36,768 bases of DNA from contig JAGGUC010000048.1 of the NCBI GenBank assembly GCA_021158735.1, positions 1 to 36,768 on the forward strand. Direction: 5' to 3'. Each line of letters begins with the position of its first letter. The first letter of the stretch is position 1. A program made the position numbers and the translations under genes. The stretch is from Desulfurococcales archaeon (GTDB lineage: Archaea; Thermoproteota; Thermoprotei_A; Sulfolobales; NBVN01). Shown here piece after piece: positions 10,029-20,188 of this stretch. The notes under the pieces were generated by a model, which ran no database searches, was not told where the DNA came from, and saw only the letters and a list, made by a program, of their open reading frames with translations.

Positions 10029-10661
10029 ATGAGGCTGAAGCCCAAGCTAAAGCTAGTCTGCGGTGCCGTTGCACTGCTGATTTTTACTGCAGTAGCTGTA
10101 ATTAACAAATATACACCGTTGCTGAGAAGCCCTGACGAATACTTAATTGTTTTCTCAAGCAGGCTCACCTCCCAGGCAGTATGGTTAATGACTGTGATAT
10201 CTGTTGCCGCAAGCATTTACTGTGTGTGGGCCATCGCACTACTTCTTCTCATGCTCTCTCTCACCATGAAATTACTGCCCAAACACATCATAGTTCAATT
10301 AGTTGCTGTGCTAGCAGCTACTGAAGTACTGACTGCTCTAATCAAGCTACTAGTAGGTGTTCCCAGACCGCTATTAGGTCACGCTGAGGTACAGTCACTA
10401 AGCGTTAACAATGCACTTCATATAGTAGGTATGATGTCCTTTCCTTCAGGTCATGTGGCGAGATTCACTGTGCTGTCAGTTTACTTAGGGTATACCTCAA
10501 AGGCTGCGGCAGTATTGCTGTATGTGTTACTGCTGTTAGTAGCGGTGAGTAGGGTGCTACTTAGGTCGCATTACTGTGTAGATGTATTAGGAGGATTTCT
10601 ACTTGGGGTAGGAACTTCACTCACAATTAACTCGCTACTGACTGACTATAGAAGGAGGTGA
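10029..10661 (+). CDS. PAP2-family membrane phosphatase
   Basis: Motifs KLLVGVPRP, SFPSGH and SRVLLRSHYCVDV within a hydrophobic protein. Confidence 0.9.
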   Translation: MRLKPKLKLVCGAVALLIFTAVAVINKYTPLLRSPDEYLIVFSSRLTSQAVWLMTVISVAASIYCVWAIALLLLMLSLTMKLLPKHIIVQLVAVLAATEVLTALIKLLVGVPRPLLGHAEVQSLSVNNALHIVGMMSFPSGHVARFTVLSVYLGYTSKAAAVLLYVLLLLVAVSRVLLRSHYCVDVLGGFLLGVGTSLTINSLLTDYRRR

Positions 10662-10665
10662 GGGT

Positions 10666-11166
10666 ATGTCCGTTGCTATCGAGCTCTTCATCACGTCAGT
10701 ACCATCAGTATTAAAGATTCTACTGCTTTCACTACTACCTACTTTTGAGGGTAGGTATGCACTTTTAATAGGTATCGCTGTTGGATTAGATCCCCTGACA
10801 TCATTCACTATTGCTTCGACAGGAGTTACTATTCTAGCTGTAGTGTTGCCTAGTGTCCTAACATTTATTGATGACCTGGCTAGGGCAGTATGGAACAGTA
10901 AATACACGTTAATCTCTAAGTTCTCTGGGTTATACCTTCGCTACGTCAGCAGTGTGAGACGCCGAGTGCACAAATATGTTGACAGATACGGCACCATAGG
11001 ACTCATACTATTTGTTGCTGTTCCACTCCCTGCTACAGGGGTATGGACCGGAGCGCTAGGTGCTTATTTATTGGGCATGAGTAAGTGGAGGACCGTAATC
11101 TCACTACTGGTCGGTGGCTTAATCTCCAACACAATAACTCTTGTTGCTGCAGTCATTGTGGTTTGA
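10666..11166 (+). CDS. COG2426 putative small multi-drug export family membrane protein
   Basis: SLLPTFEGRYA and LFVAVPLPATGVWTGALGAYLLGM motifs. GGAGGTGA SD upstream. Confidence 0.85.
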   Translation: MSVAIELFITSVPSVLKILLLSLLPTFEGRYALLIGIAVGLDPLTSFTIASTGVTILAVVLPSVLTFIDDLARAVWNSKYTLISKFSGLYLRYVSSVRRRVHKYVDRYGTIGLILFVAVPLPATGVWTGALGAYLLGMSKWRTVISLLVGGLISNTITLVAAVIVV

Positions 11167-11252
11167 AAGTGACGCATCAAGTCGATTATCGTGGACACCG
11201 TACCTTAGTTATTACATGACTTATTTATTTTATCAGCACCTGATCCTACTTC

Positions 11253-12125
11253 TTGCTGGAGGTGCTGGAAGTGGAACTAATTGCTGGCGTGATAGCAGCT
11301 GTTGCTTCATCTGTAGCGTTCTCCACAGCATCAATATTTATTAAGCTAAGCCTTAGAGACGTAAGAGACCCGTTCCTCGTTAACGGCATTAGAGCTGCCT
11401 TTGCTTCCCTAGTGTACATCCCCATTCTCGCCGTTATGGATGTCAAGAACGTTAGCTTATACGTTTTTGCTGTCATTGTAGCGTCAACAGTCATTGGTCC
11501 TGGGATCGGTGATGTACTATTCATCGTGAGTGTCGACAAGCTAGGTGCTGGCTTAGCAACCGTGCTGTCCTATCAGTACATACTGATAGCTCAGATCCTG
11601 AACATCTTCATTCTCCAGGACTACAGAGGCTTCATATCACTTTACCTAACCCCTCTAGCACTATTCGGTATGTACCTCGCAGTTAGTGAGGGCGGCATGA
11701 AGACGAATTTAAAGGGAGTGGTGTTTGCATATGCCGCAGCCTTCGTGTGGGGTCTAAGCACGATACTCGTTTCGTACCTGGTAAATACGTGCGGACTTCC
11801 CCCCATACAGGTGGCAGGCCTTAGGGTAGTTGTCTTAGCGCCCATACTAATGAGTATTGGTGTTAGAAACATTAGAACCATGACTAAGAGGGCCCTAGCC
11901 ATACTTGCCACGTCAGGTGTCGTATCATACTTTATAGGCTTCATTTTATTTACGACATCACTGAGAGTGCTAGGAGTAATGATACCTTCACTAGCAACAA
12001 CACTGACCCCAATGCTGTCTCAGCTAATTTCAAGTAAGGTGCTGTCCGAGGCACTTACACCTAGAAGAGTCACAGGTTCGTTACTGATCATTATTTCGCT
12101 AATCTTGGTTGTTCTACTCGCATAA
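11253..12125 (+). CDS. EamA/DMT family transporter
   Basis: About 10 TM helices in two repeats, with GPGIGDVLF and LSEALTPRRVTG. Confidence 0.85.
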   Translation: MLEVLEVELIAGVIAAVASSVAFSTASIFIKLSLRDVRDPFLVNGIRAAFASLVYIPILAVMDVKNVSLYVFAVIVASTVIGPGIGDVLFIVSVDKLGAGLATVLSYQYILIAQILNIFILQDYRGFISLYLTPLALFGMYLAVSEGGMKTNLKGVVFAYAAAFVWGLSTILVSYLVNTCGLPPIQVAGLRVVVLAPILMSIGVRNIRTMTKRALAILATSGVVSYFIGFILFTTSLRVLGVMIPSLATTLTPMLSQLISSKVLSEALTPRRVTGSLLIIISLILVVLLA

Positions 12126-12412
12126 AAGCATGAGCCAGACGCTTCTGTCCCATGCAAAGCACGCGAGGTATGAAATTACCCGTTTTGTTACTACCGCAGT
12201 ACAACTATTACGTTCTTCACAACATAATTATCCCTAAGCGCAAAGAGGTAGTTAATACTTTGATTATTTAAGGATGAATTTCATAAATCAAACGAAGCTT
12301 CTGGACGCGACCAAGACATAAAATAATTAGGAAGGAACCACCAGGTTGAACAAGCCCGGAAGACAGAAGAGATAGCAATAAGAATTTATTAGTTTAAAAA
12401 CTAAGTGCTGAT

Positions 12413-14152
12413 TTACTTTTGTAAAATACTTAAGACCTCATTAACATGCTGTACAGCTACTTCAATATGGTCCTTAATGAAGTTGCACTTGACCATGTTC
12501 TCAACACTGCTCAAGTAGCTTAGCGATAGGTTCAGTGCTTCCACCGCACCACTAATATTGCCCTCCTTGATCATGTCCTTCGCCTGGTCGAGGGCTTCCT
12601 CGGCACTCCCCAGCAGAGCCCTAGCCTCAATACTTAACCCGCATATGTGTAATTTACTTACTTTTAATGTAGTTTCCACCAGCTTCAGTGCCCTATCAGT
12701 GAGGACGTACGCAATTGAGTGCTTCTCCCCTTCAGCTTCCTCGGCCCTGTGAAGCACTCTCTCTGCATGACCTATCACGTACTTGGTTACTGAGTCAAGC
12801 ACGTGCTCTACCCGAGATATTACAGCCATAATTATCTTGAGGTATGGTTTTCCATGACCTGCTTCCTTCCTTAAATCGACAACCTTCTCCTTTAATTCCT
12901 CAACCAAGTCCTTAATTTCCTGTATGGACTCTGATACCCCCTCCTCGTCCCCACTAGCTGCTCTTTCTGCAAGCTGCTTGAGAACATCTATGACCTCTCT
13001 TGACAGGTCAGCTATTTCCTCAATTCCTTCCTTAATGTGGCCCGGTATTTCAGGGTTTGGCGTGACCTTACTCTCAACGTACTCTATGAGGGTTTGAACC
13101 GCCTTAATAACTTTACTTACGTTGTACCCGACCTCAAGTGCTCGGCAGGTTATTCTGTGCCTCAGCGCCGCTTGAATCCGGGTTGCAAACACCATTCTCT
13201 CCAAGTTCCCTAAGTACACTATGAGTCTCATTTTACTAACATTCAGCTTCTCCTCAACCATGCTCTCGAGCTTTTCTAGTTCCTTCGAGAGTTTGTCTGC
13301 GATCGACTCTAGCTTATTAGCTACTTTCACAAGTCCTAAATCTCTCAGCTTCTGAGCATTCTCCCTTAATTCCTCAATGGATCTTTTAGTGGAGTTTACT
13401 AGTGCTACTACTCTGACTTCCGCCTTCTCGACTATTGTAGTAGCTATAGCCTCATTTAATTCTGTACTAACATATCGCAGAAGCTCCCTAACCTCCTCTA
13501 TAGTACTGTTAAAGTATTCTCCATCCCACTCAGCTGTTCCGTTGATGACTTTATCTACATACTTCCTTAATTCTGCTAACTTCTTGCTTATGTTGGCTAG
13601 CACGGACCTGAGCTCATCGGCTAATGTGGCATTAATTACTTCCTTACTCTCAGCTCTTTCAACAGCTGCTTCAAGGGCCCCCGCAGTTGCATTTAATGCA
13701 TTAACCAGTCTCAAACACGTACTAACCTTCACTCTGATCCTTAGTCGCTCCTTCACAGGAAGAGGCATGTACTCCTTAGCAGCCAAACTTATTGCCCTAT
13801 GAACCTTCTTCATTCCCTCAATGAATAATTCCCTAGCAAGCGTCTTATTACCAGCCTCCTCAGCAACTGTTATGTTGCTCAGGAGTTTTTTGGTCTCATT
13901 AATCAGTGCCCACGGCTCAGTGTCTGCAGGTATTCCCCACCTATTAAGCAACCTTTCAGCCAAGACTATCGTGTGATTTAATATTCTGACGTAACTACCG
14001 TTAGCCACTACAGGGGTTGCATTAGACCATTCGTGCTCTGCTGAACTCCAGTCCTCACCTACGTCCTGGGCCATTACCGATGTTGGGACAATCACACCTA
14101 AAGCCACTAACAGGATTAAGGGCAGAGCCACCAGTTTTGAAGCTACGACCAC
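12413..14152 (-). CDS. Secreted, predicted all-alpha/coiled-coil hypothetical protein, probably N-glycosylated
   Basis: Signal peptide ending ...SVMA-QD, heptad-like E/K/L/A-rich helices, 16 N-x-S/T sequons counted, no C-terminal TM. GGTGA SD upstream. Confidence 0.75.
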   Translation of the reverse strand: MVVASKLVALPLILLVALGVIVPTSVMAQDVGEDWSSAEHEWSNATPVVANGSYVRILNHTIVLAERLLNRWGIPADTEPWALINETKKLLSNITVAEEAGNKTLARELFIEGMKKVHRAISLAAKEYMPLPVKERLRIRVKVSTCLRLVNALNATAGALEAAVERAESKEVINATLADELRSVLANISKKLAELRKYVDKVINGTAEWDGEYFNSTIEEVRELLRYVSTELNEAIATTIVEKAEVRVVALVNSTKRSIEELRENAQKLRDLGLVKVANKLESIADKLSKELEKLESMVEEKLNVSKMRLIVYLGNLERMVFATRIQAALRHRITCRALEVGYNVSKVIKAVQTLIEYVESKVTPNPEIPGHIKEGIEEIADLSREVIDVLKQLAERAASGDEEGVSESIQEIKDLVEELKEKVVDLRKEAGHGKPYLKIIMAVISRVEHVLDSVTKYVIGHAERVLHRAEEAEGEKHSIAYVLTDRALKLVETTLKVSKLHICGLSIEARALLGSAEEALDQAKDMIKEGNISGAVEALNLSLSYLSSVENMVKCNFIKDHIEVAVQHVNEVLSILQK

Positions 14153-14165
14153 TTTTCACTCACCA

Positions 14166-14249
14166 CTAAGGAAACGAGTTCGTTCTAGATTAAAAACCCC
14201 CTAAGAAACGCGGAACGCTTCACCCAGAACTGAAGGAACACCTGTTCCT
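14166..14249 (-). promoter_or_regulatory. Promoter of the secreted-protein gene with candidate operator repeats
   Basis: Minus-strand TTTTTAAT TATA-like box at about 14189-14196. It is flanked by near-direct repeats CTAAGGAAACG (14166-14176) and CTAAGAAACG (14201-14210). Inverted repeats: AACGA-GT-TCGTT (14173-14184) and AGGAACA-CC-TGTTCCT (14234-14249). Confidence 0.5.
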
Positions 14250-14462
14250 ATGAGCAGTTCACTCATTCCCCAATACTGTACTTTAGACGGACATCCCATG
14301 CGTGCAAATGACTCTATCATGCCATTCCTCAAAATTCGTTGAGTCACGTTACTTAAAATAATGTAATACACGGTAATCTATGATGTTAAGTATTAAGTTG
14401 CACACCAAAATCTCTCTTATAGATGAAAAGAAGATGTTTTAGAAAGCAGGAACTTAAGTATT

Positions 14463-15533
14463 TCAGCCCTCTCTTTGACTAAGTAGTTCTTCACCTTTCT
14501 CGGTTAGGAATAAGTAGGTTCTACCTCCTTCATCAATCCTGTTAATTAAGTTAAGCTCAGATAACTTCCTGACACGCCTCCATACGACGGATTTACTTAG
14601 CCCCACCTTCCTAGCCAGGCCAGATATCGTCAACTTATCATTCTTAAGTGCCTTTAGTATTTCTATGTCGCGCTCATCAACTTCACCACTAAAGACGAAG
14701 CCCTCACCACCTTCACCTCGTGCACCACCAGAAGGTACTAGTGCCGCCCCTCTACGCCTCGTTAATACTGCTGCTAGTACACCAATAATAGCGATTACTG
14801 CTGCTATCATAACATACACACCCCAATCATGGGTTCTGGGTGGCGGTGCCTCAGTATGTGTTGAGGTTTCATGCTGTGTTGTGGAGGTAGTGATCTTAGC
14901 TGTAGTTGTGGGGTAGGCGCTGGAGTATGGCATAGTTACTCCTGCAGGCGTGGTGGTTTCCGTAATGTTAATGGGGACTGTCGTTGTCTCCGTTATGGTT
15001 GGAGGTAGGTACTGTATTAGGTAAGTCCCTCCACTAACATACTTAAGTACTAGTGTTTCATCATACATAGTCACTGTAGCCGTGCCATTGAAGTACAGTA
15101 GTGCTGCACCACTGGGTAAGAATACCGTAGCTGGGCCCGCTGGCGTTATCATGACCTCGACGTAACCCATTGCCTGAGTTGCTACTAGAGCAGTGTAGGT
15201 TACTACAACATCTCTTGACGTATTAGACGTGTAAATAGCTAGTGTAGTTTCGTTAATTAACTCAACTGGAAGCACATTACCTACTTCATTAGTTGCTACT
15301 GCACTTTCAGGTATCATTCCCTTATCAACCTTAACATATACTACATAAGCTCCTTTGACGTCGCTCACCATCAGTGTGACGGTGGCACGGCCTTCAGAAT
15401 CTAATCTGTACCTGTAGCTGACGGTGTAGGCATAAGCAGTACTACTCATTAAAGCAGGCAAAACAGCGAGCAGTACGACAGCAGCCGCTAATACTCTCCG
15501 CAATTTTTCTACCGGGTATTCCACTTTAATCAC
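14463..15533 (-). CDS. Membrane-anchored winged-HTH transcriptional regulator (COG2512-like architecture)
   Basis: Signal peptide, beta-rich extracellular domain, Thr-rich linker, TM helix followed by RRR, and C-terminal wHTH (DERDIEILKAL...TISGLARKVGLSKSVVWRRVRKL...LTEKG). Confidence 0.8.
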   Translation of the reverse strand: MIKVEYPVEKLRRVLAAAVVLLAVLPALMSSTAYAYTVSYRYRLDSEGRATVTLMVSDVKGAYVVYVKVDKGMIPESAVATNEVGNVLPVELINETTLAIYTSNTSRDVVVTYTALVATQAMGYVEVMITPAGPATVFLPSGAALLYFNGTATVTMYDETLVLKYVSGGTYLIQYLPPTITETTTVPINITETTTPAGVTMPYSSAYPTTTAKITTSTTQHETSTHTEAPPPRTHDWGVYVMIAAVIAIIGVLAAVLTRRRGAALVPSGGARGEGGEGFVFSGEVDERDIEILKALKNDKLTISGLARKVGLSKSVVWRRVRKLSELNLINRIDEGGRTYLFLTEKGEELLSQREG

Positions 15534-15671
15534 ATAAAATCATTCTGAAGTCCCTTAAATTAATTTGCTGTTAGTTAAGTAAGGCAAAATTAATCATATA
15601 GTGATTAGGAATTTACATAATTATTACTTACTTCATATGCAATGAATTTTGAATAATATTCAACTAAGAAG

Positions 15672-16733
15672 TTAAGCCCGAATACTATGTGTGTCGAAGT
15701 CATACCTAAGTACAGCAATTATACCACCAAGTGCCTTGAGTCTAACCGATGCTGGTGTTTCAGTAGGAACTATCCTTACTAGTGCCCCCCTACTCTCTGC
15801 CGTGCTGAGTACTTCCTCAACGGTCTCTCTATTACCTCCGCTAAGTAATTCCTCACTAACAAGTAGCTTACTCACTGCATTAGCTTCAACCGCCAGCTTA
15901 ACGGATTCGAGCCCATAGGCCACACGCTCAGGCTTCTTGCTCAAAAGCATCATGAATTCCTCAAGCACCTCCTCAGCCTCAACAGCTGATACTTCCCTAA
16001 GGAGGTTCTTAACCACGTCTCTCCGAATTAACTCACTAATTCCTGCCCTCCCACCCGATGATACAGAGTCAACATATAGCCTAATGCCTTGATTGCGGGG
16101 TAATTGCGACGATAATTTCTTAGCTATCAGGTCCTTAAGAAAAGCAGGTGAACCAACAACCACCAGCCTTACTTTCTCTCTGGCTAACACAGACAGGGCC
16201 AGTTCCACCACGCAGTCAACTATTCTTTCCAGTGAGTTCGGGTCTCGGCTTGACACACCCGGTAATGACCTGTCGATCAAGTACTTGACCCCTTGACCAT
16301 AAATAATTGCTACTGATACTTCGTCGAAATCTGCAGCGAGAAGTAATGCATTAACCCATCTTTCACTGGCCCTCCTAAGTCTCTTTAACTGCGACTTACT
16401 CCATGATTCCTTAATGATGCTTACCTCAGTGCCCACATCAATATTCAGTGTGTGGTGTGAACCCTTTAATCCGTAACCGTCCGGAGCATCCACTATTACA
16501 CCATGGATCCTCAGTCTTGTGGCGAAAGGCTGAAAGTAGATATTCTTCACTCTAATAGCTACCACCATAGGTAGTCTTCTCTTTCCTTCACCATCTATTT
16601 TAACGTCTCTCAGAGTCCTAGCAATAATTACGTCCCCTTCACTGACGACCGTCTTAAGTACCCACAGGTCATCAGCACACTCAACCCTGACCTTCACCAC
16701 CCCTTTTCTTAGATCCTCAAACACCACCTTCAA
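15672..16733 (-). CDS. pelA: Pelota/Dom34 ribosome rescue factor
   Basis: DDLWVLKTVV, RLRIHGVI, GSHHTLNI, eRF1-like domains 2 and 3 (VAYGLESV; LKALGGIIAVLRY). Confidence 0.93.
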   Translation of the reverse strand: MKVVFEDLRKGVVKVRVECADDLWVLKTVVSEGDVIIARTLRDVKIDGEGKRRLPMVVAIRVKNIYFQPFATRLRIHGVIVDAPDGYGLKGSHHTLNIDVGTEVSIIKESWSKSQLKRLRRASERWVNALLLAADFDEVSVAIIYGQGVKYLIDRSLPGVSSRDPNSLERIVDCVVELALSVLAREKVRLVVVGSPAFLKDLIAKKLSSQLPRNQGIRLYVDSVSSGGRAGISELIRRDVVKNLLREVSAVEAEEVLEEFMMLLSKKPERVAYGLESVKLAVEANAVSKLLVSEELLSGGNRETVEEVLSTAESRGALVRIVPTETPASVRLKALGGIIAVLRYDFDTHSIRA

Positions 16734-16880
16734 TAAACTACCCCACTATCATGGAGCTACCGAACTAATTAACTTAAAACTCAGGACACATCCTCCAGCA
16801 CAAATTTATTAGCCCAACGGGCACTAATACACACCACTGCGAGGTGGTTAGTTAATGCAGAAGAAACTCGAGTAAAAGCT

Positions 16881-17279
16881 ATGCTAGGCGAAGGGTTTAG
16901 AGTTGAGGCACAGGCTAAAAACCACAGAATAGTAATGGATCTCCCATCTTCTTTTGGTGGTGCTGGCCCAACGCCTGTGGATTTGTTGCTAGCATCGCTA
17001 GCCAGGTGCTACGGTATAGTTTCAAGATATCACACACCTAAGCACGGCATAGAGATAAGAGGTATGAACATAATTATCGAGGCAGAGTACGACCCAGCAG
17101 GATTTGAAGGAGAGGACGTTAAGCCCGGCCTGCAAAAGGTCAGCATCATTGTCGAGGTCGACACACCAAATAGTGAAGAGGAAATTAAGGAGTTCATGAA
17201 GTTCGTTAGCCAGCACTGTCCTATTGAGGACACATTAAGAAGTCAAACCTCAGTAACCACAGTAATTAAGAAGAAGTAA
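16881..17279 (+). CDS. OsmC/Ohr family protein (5' end possibly frameshifted; see findings)
   Basis: GGAGPTPVDLLLASLARC and QHCPIEDTL, with both conserved Cys present. Confidence 0.85.
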   Translation: MLGEGFRVEAQAKNHRIVMDLPSSFGGAGPTPVDLLLASLARCYGIVSRYHTPKHGIEIRGMNIIIEAEYDPAGFEGEDVKPGLQKVSIIVEVDTPNSEEEIKEFMKFVSQHCPIEDTLRSQTSVTTVIKKK

Positions 17280-17359
17280 GAAGTGCTTTCATAATATAAT
17301 GTAAAACAATATAAGTAGTTTTTATTATAGAACCTCAATCTTTAGCAGGGTACGTCAGA

Positions 17360-18553
17360 ATGCCGAACGTATTAACCGATAGGGTTGCAGTAGCAGAAAA
17401 GTATTCACTACTTGATGAGTATGTTATCATGGTTGTTAAGGCAGGGAATGTGATAGACTTCGCTAGCGGCTCCCCCGACCCTAGACTATTCCCTAAGGAG
17501 GAGGTAAGGGAATTAGCTCAAAGAGTAATTAACGAGCACGGTGTTGAGGCATTCTCCTACCCGCCGCCACTGGGACTCAGAAAACTAAGAAATGCTATTA
17601 AGTCACTCCTAACTGAATTAGGAGTAAGCATTCCGGGGTCTAAGGTTGCGATAACTAGCGGGGCTGTGCGAGCTGTTGAGCTGGTCAGTACGCTACTGCT
17701 TAATGAGAAATCCGGTGCAGTTGCTGAAGAACCAACATACTTACAGGCACTCTACCCCCTATACGTAGTAGGTAGGGAAGTGAAGTACATTAAACTCAAG
17801 AACTATAAGTACCTTAACACTGCGTCCCTGGCTAAGGTACTTAGAGAACCTCACATTAAAATATACTACACAGTACCGACAGGACATAACCCTACTGGAG
17901 CAACATTCAGTAGTAGTATTAGAGGCGAGGTAGCTGAGCTGGTTCGCGAGCATGATGTATTAACTATAGAAGATGACGTATACAGAACAGTTCTCGGCGG
18001 CGAGGCTCCAGAACCGATATCAGCTATCTGCGCTAGGCACTCGCACCCATACGTATATTTGGGCTCACTCAGTAAGGTTCTCGCACCCGGATTCAGGATC
18101 GCATACATGCTAATTCCTGAAGGTCTATTCCCTCACATCAGAGCCATAGCTAGCAATGCACTAACATTAAGTCCGCTAAACATGCTTATGGCTTACGAAG
18201 CTATAAGGTCAGGCTTTCTTATTAAAAGAATACGTGAGCTTTCCAGAGAATTTAAGGAGCGCATGAAGACCTTAAAGGACTCCTTAATGGACTACATGCC
18301 GGACTGTGCTTCCTGGAATGAGAATGCTGAGGGTTACTACATATTCATTAAGGTTAAGGGAGTAAACATGATTAAAATATTTAATGACGTCTTGAGGGCA
18401 GGCGTGGGGTATGTACCAGGTGATGCTTTCCTATATAATAGTGCAGACGACGAGACGGCTAGGCTATGCATTGCCAGACCTAACACCGAGGAAATACCTG
18501 AAGGCGTAAAGAAACTAGCTAAAGTAATTAAAGACAAAGTAAACTTAAATTGA
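17360..18553 (+). CDS. PLP-dependent class I/II aminotransferase (ARO8/LysN-like, no HTH)
   Basis: FASGSPDP, EEPTY, HNPTG, IEDDVY, PLP-lysine motif GSLSKVLAPGFRI, VGYVPG. Confidence 0.88.
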   Translation: MPNVLTDRVAVAEKYSLLDEYVIMVVKAGNVIDFASGSPDPRLFPKEEVRELAQRVINEHGVEAFSYPPPLGLRKLRNAIKSLLTELGVSIPGSKVAITSGAVRAVELVSTLLLNEKSGAVAEEPTYLQALYPLYVVGREVKYIKLKNYKYLNTASLAKVLREPHIKIYYTVPTGHNPTGATFSSSIRGEVAELVREHDVLTIEDDVYRTVLGGEAPEPISAICARHSHPYVYLGSLSKVLAPGFRIAYMLIPEGLFPHIRAIASNALTLSPLNMLMAYEAIRSGFLIKRIRELSREFKERMKTLKDSLMDYMPDCASWNENAEGYYIFIKVKGVNMIKIFNDVLRAGVGYVPGDAFLYNSADDETARLCIARPNTEEIPEGVKKLAKVIKDKVNLN

Positions 18554-18557
18554 AAAA

Positions 18558-19937
<1,380 letters not shown>

Positions 19938-20188
19938 CTAGGTAAAAAATTTTTAATTACATACCTTCATTTCAGCATAACAGTGCAAAAAAGTTTGCTC
20001 GACAACAGCTATTCAGTGCGGATTCATGTACATGAACATACTTGTCTCCAGCATGAATGAGTGTTACTTAGGTCTCATCTAGTAAGCATAGTTAAGGTAC
20101 AGTAAAACACAGAAGTATCTTTAACTCGCAGTTACGACTTTATATAACTAGTGAGTACGTAGTACTGTAGCAACTAGTTGGTGTTAGC

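Noticed and set aside
12126..12412. 287-bp gap between convergent genes as a possible ncRNA or small gene
   Set aside because: I found no C/D boxes, tRNA fold, strong hairpin, repeats or SD-supported ORF.
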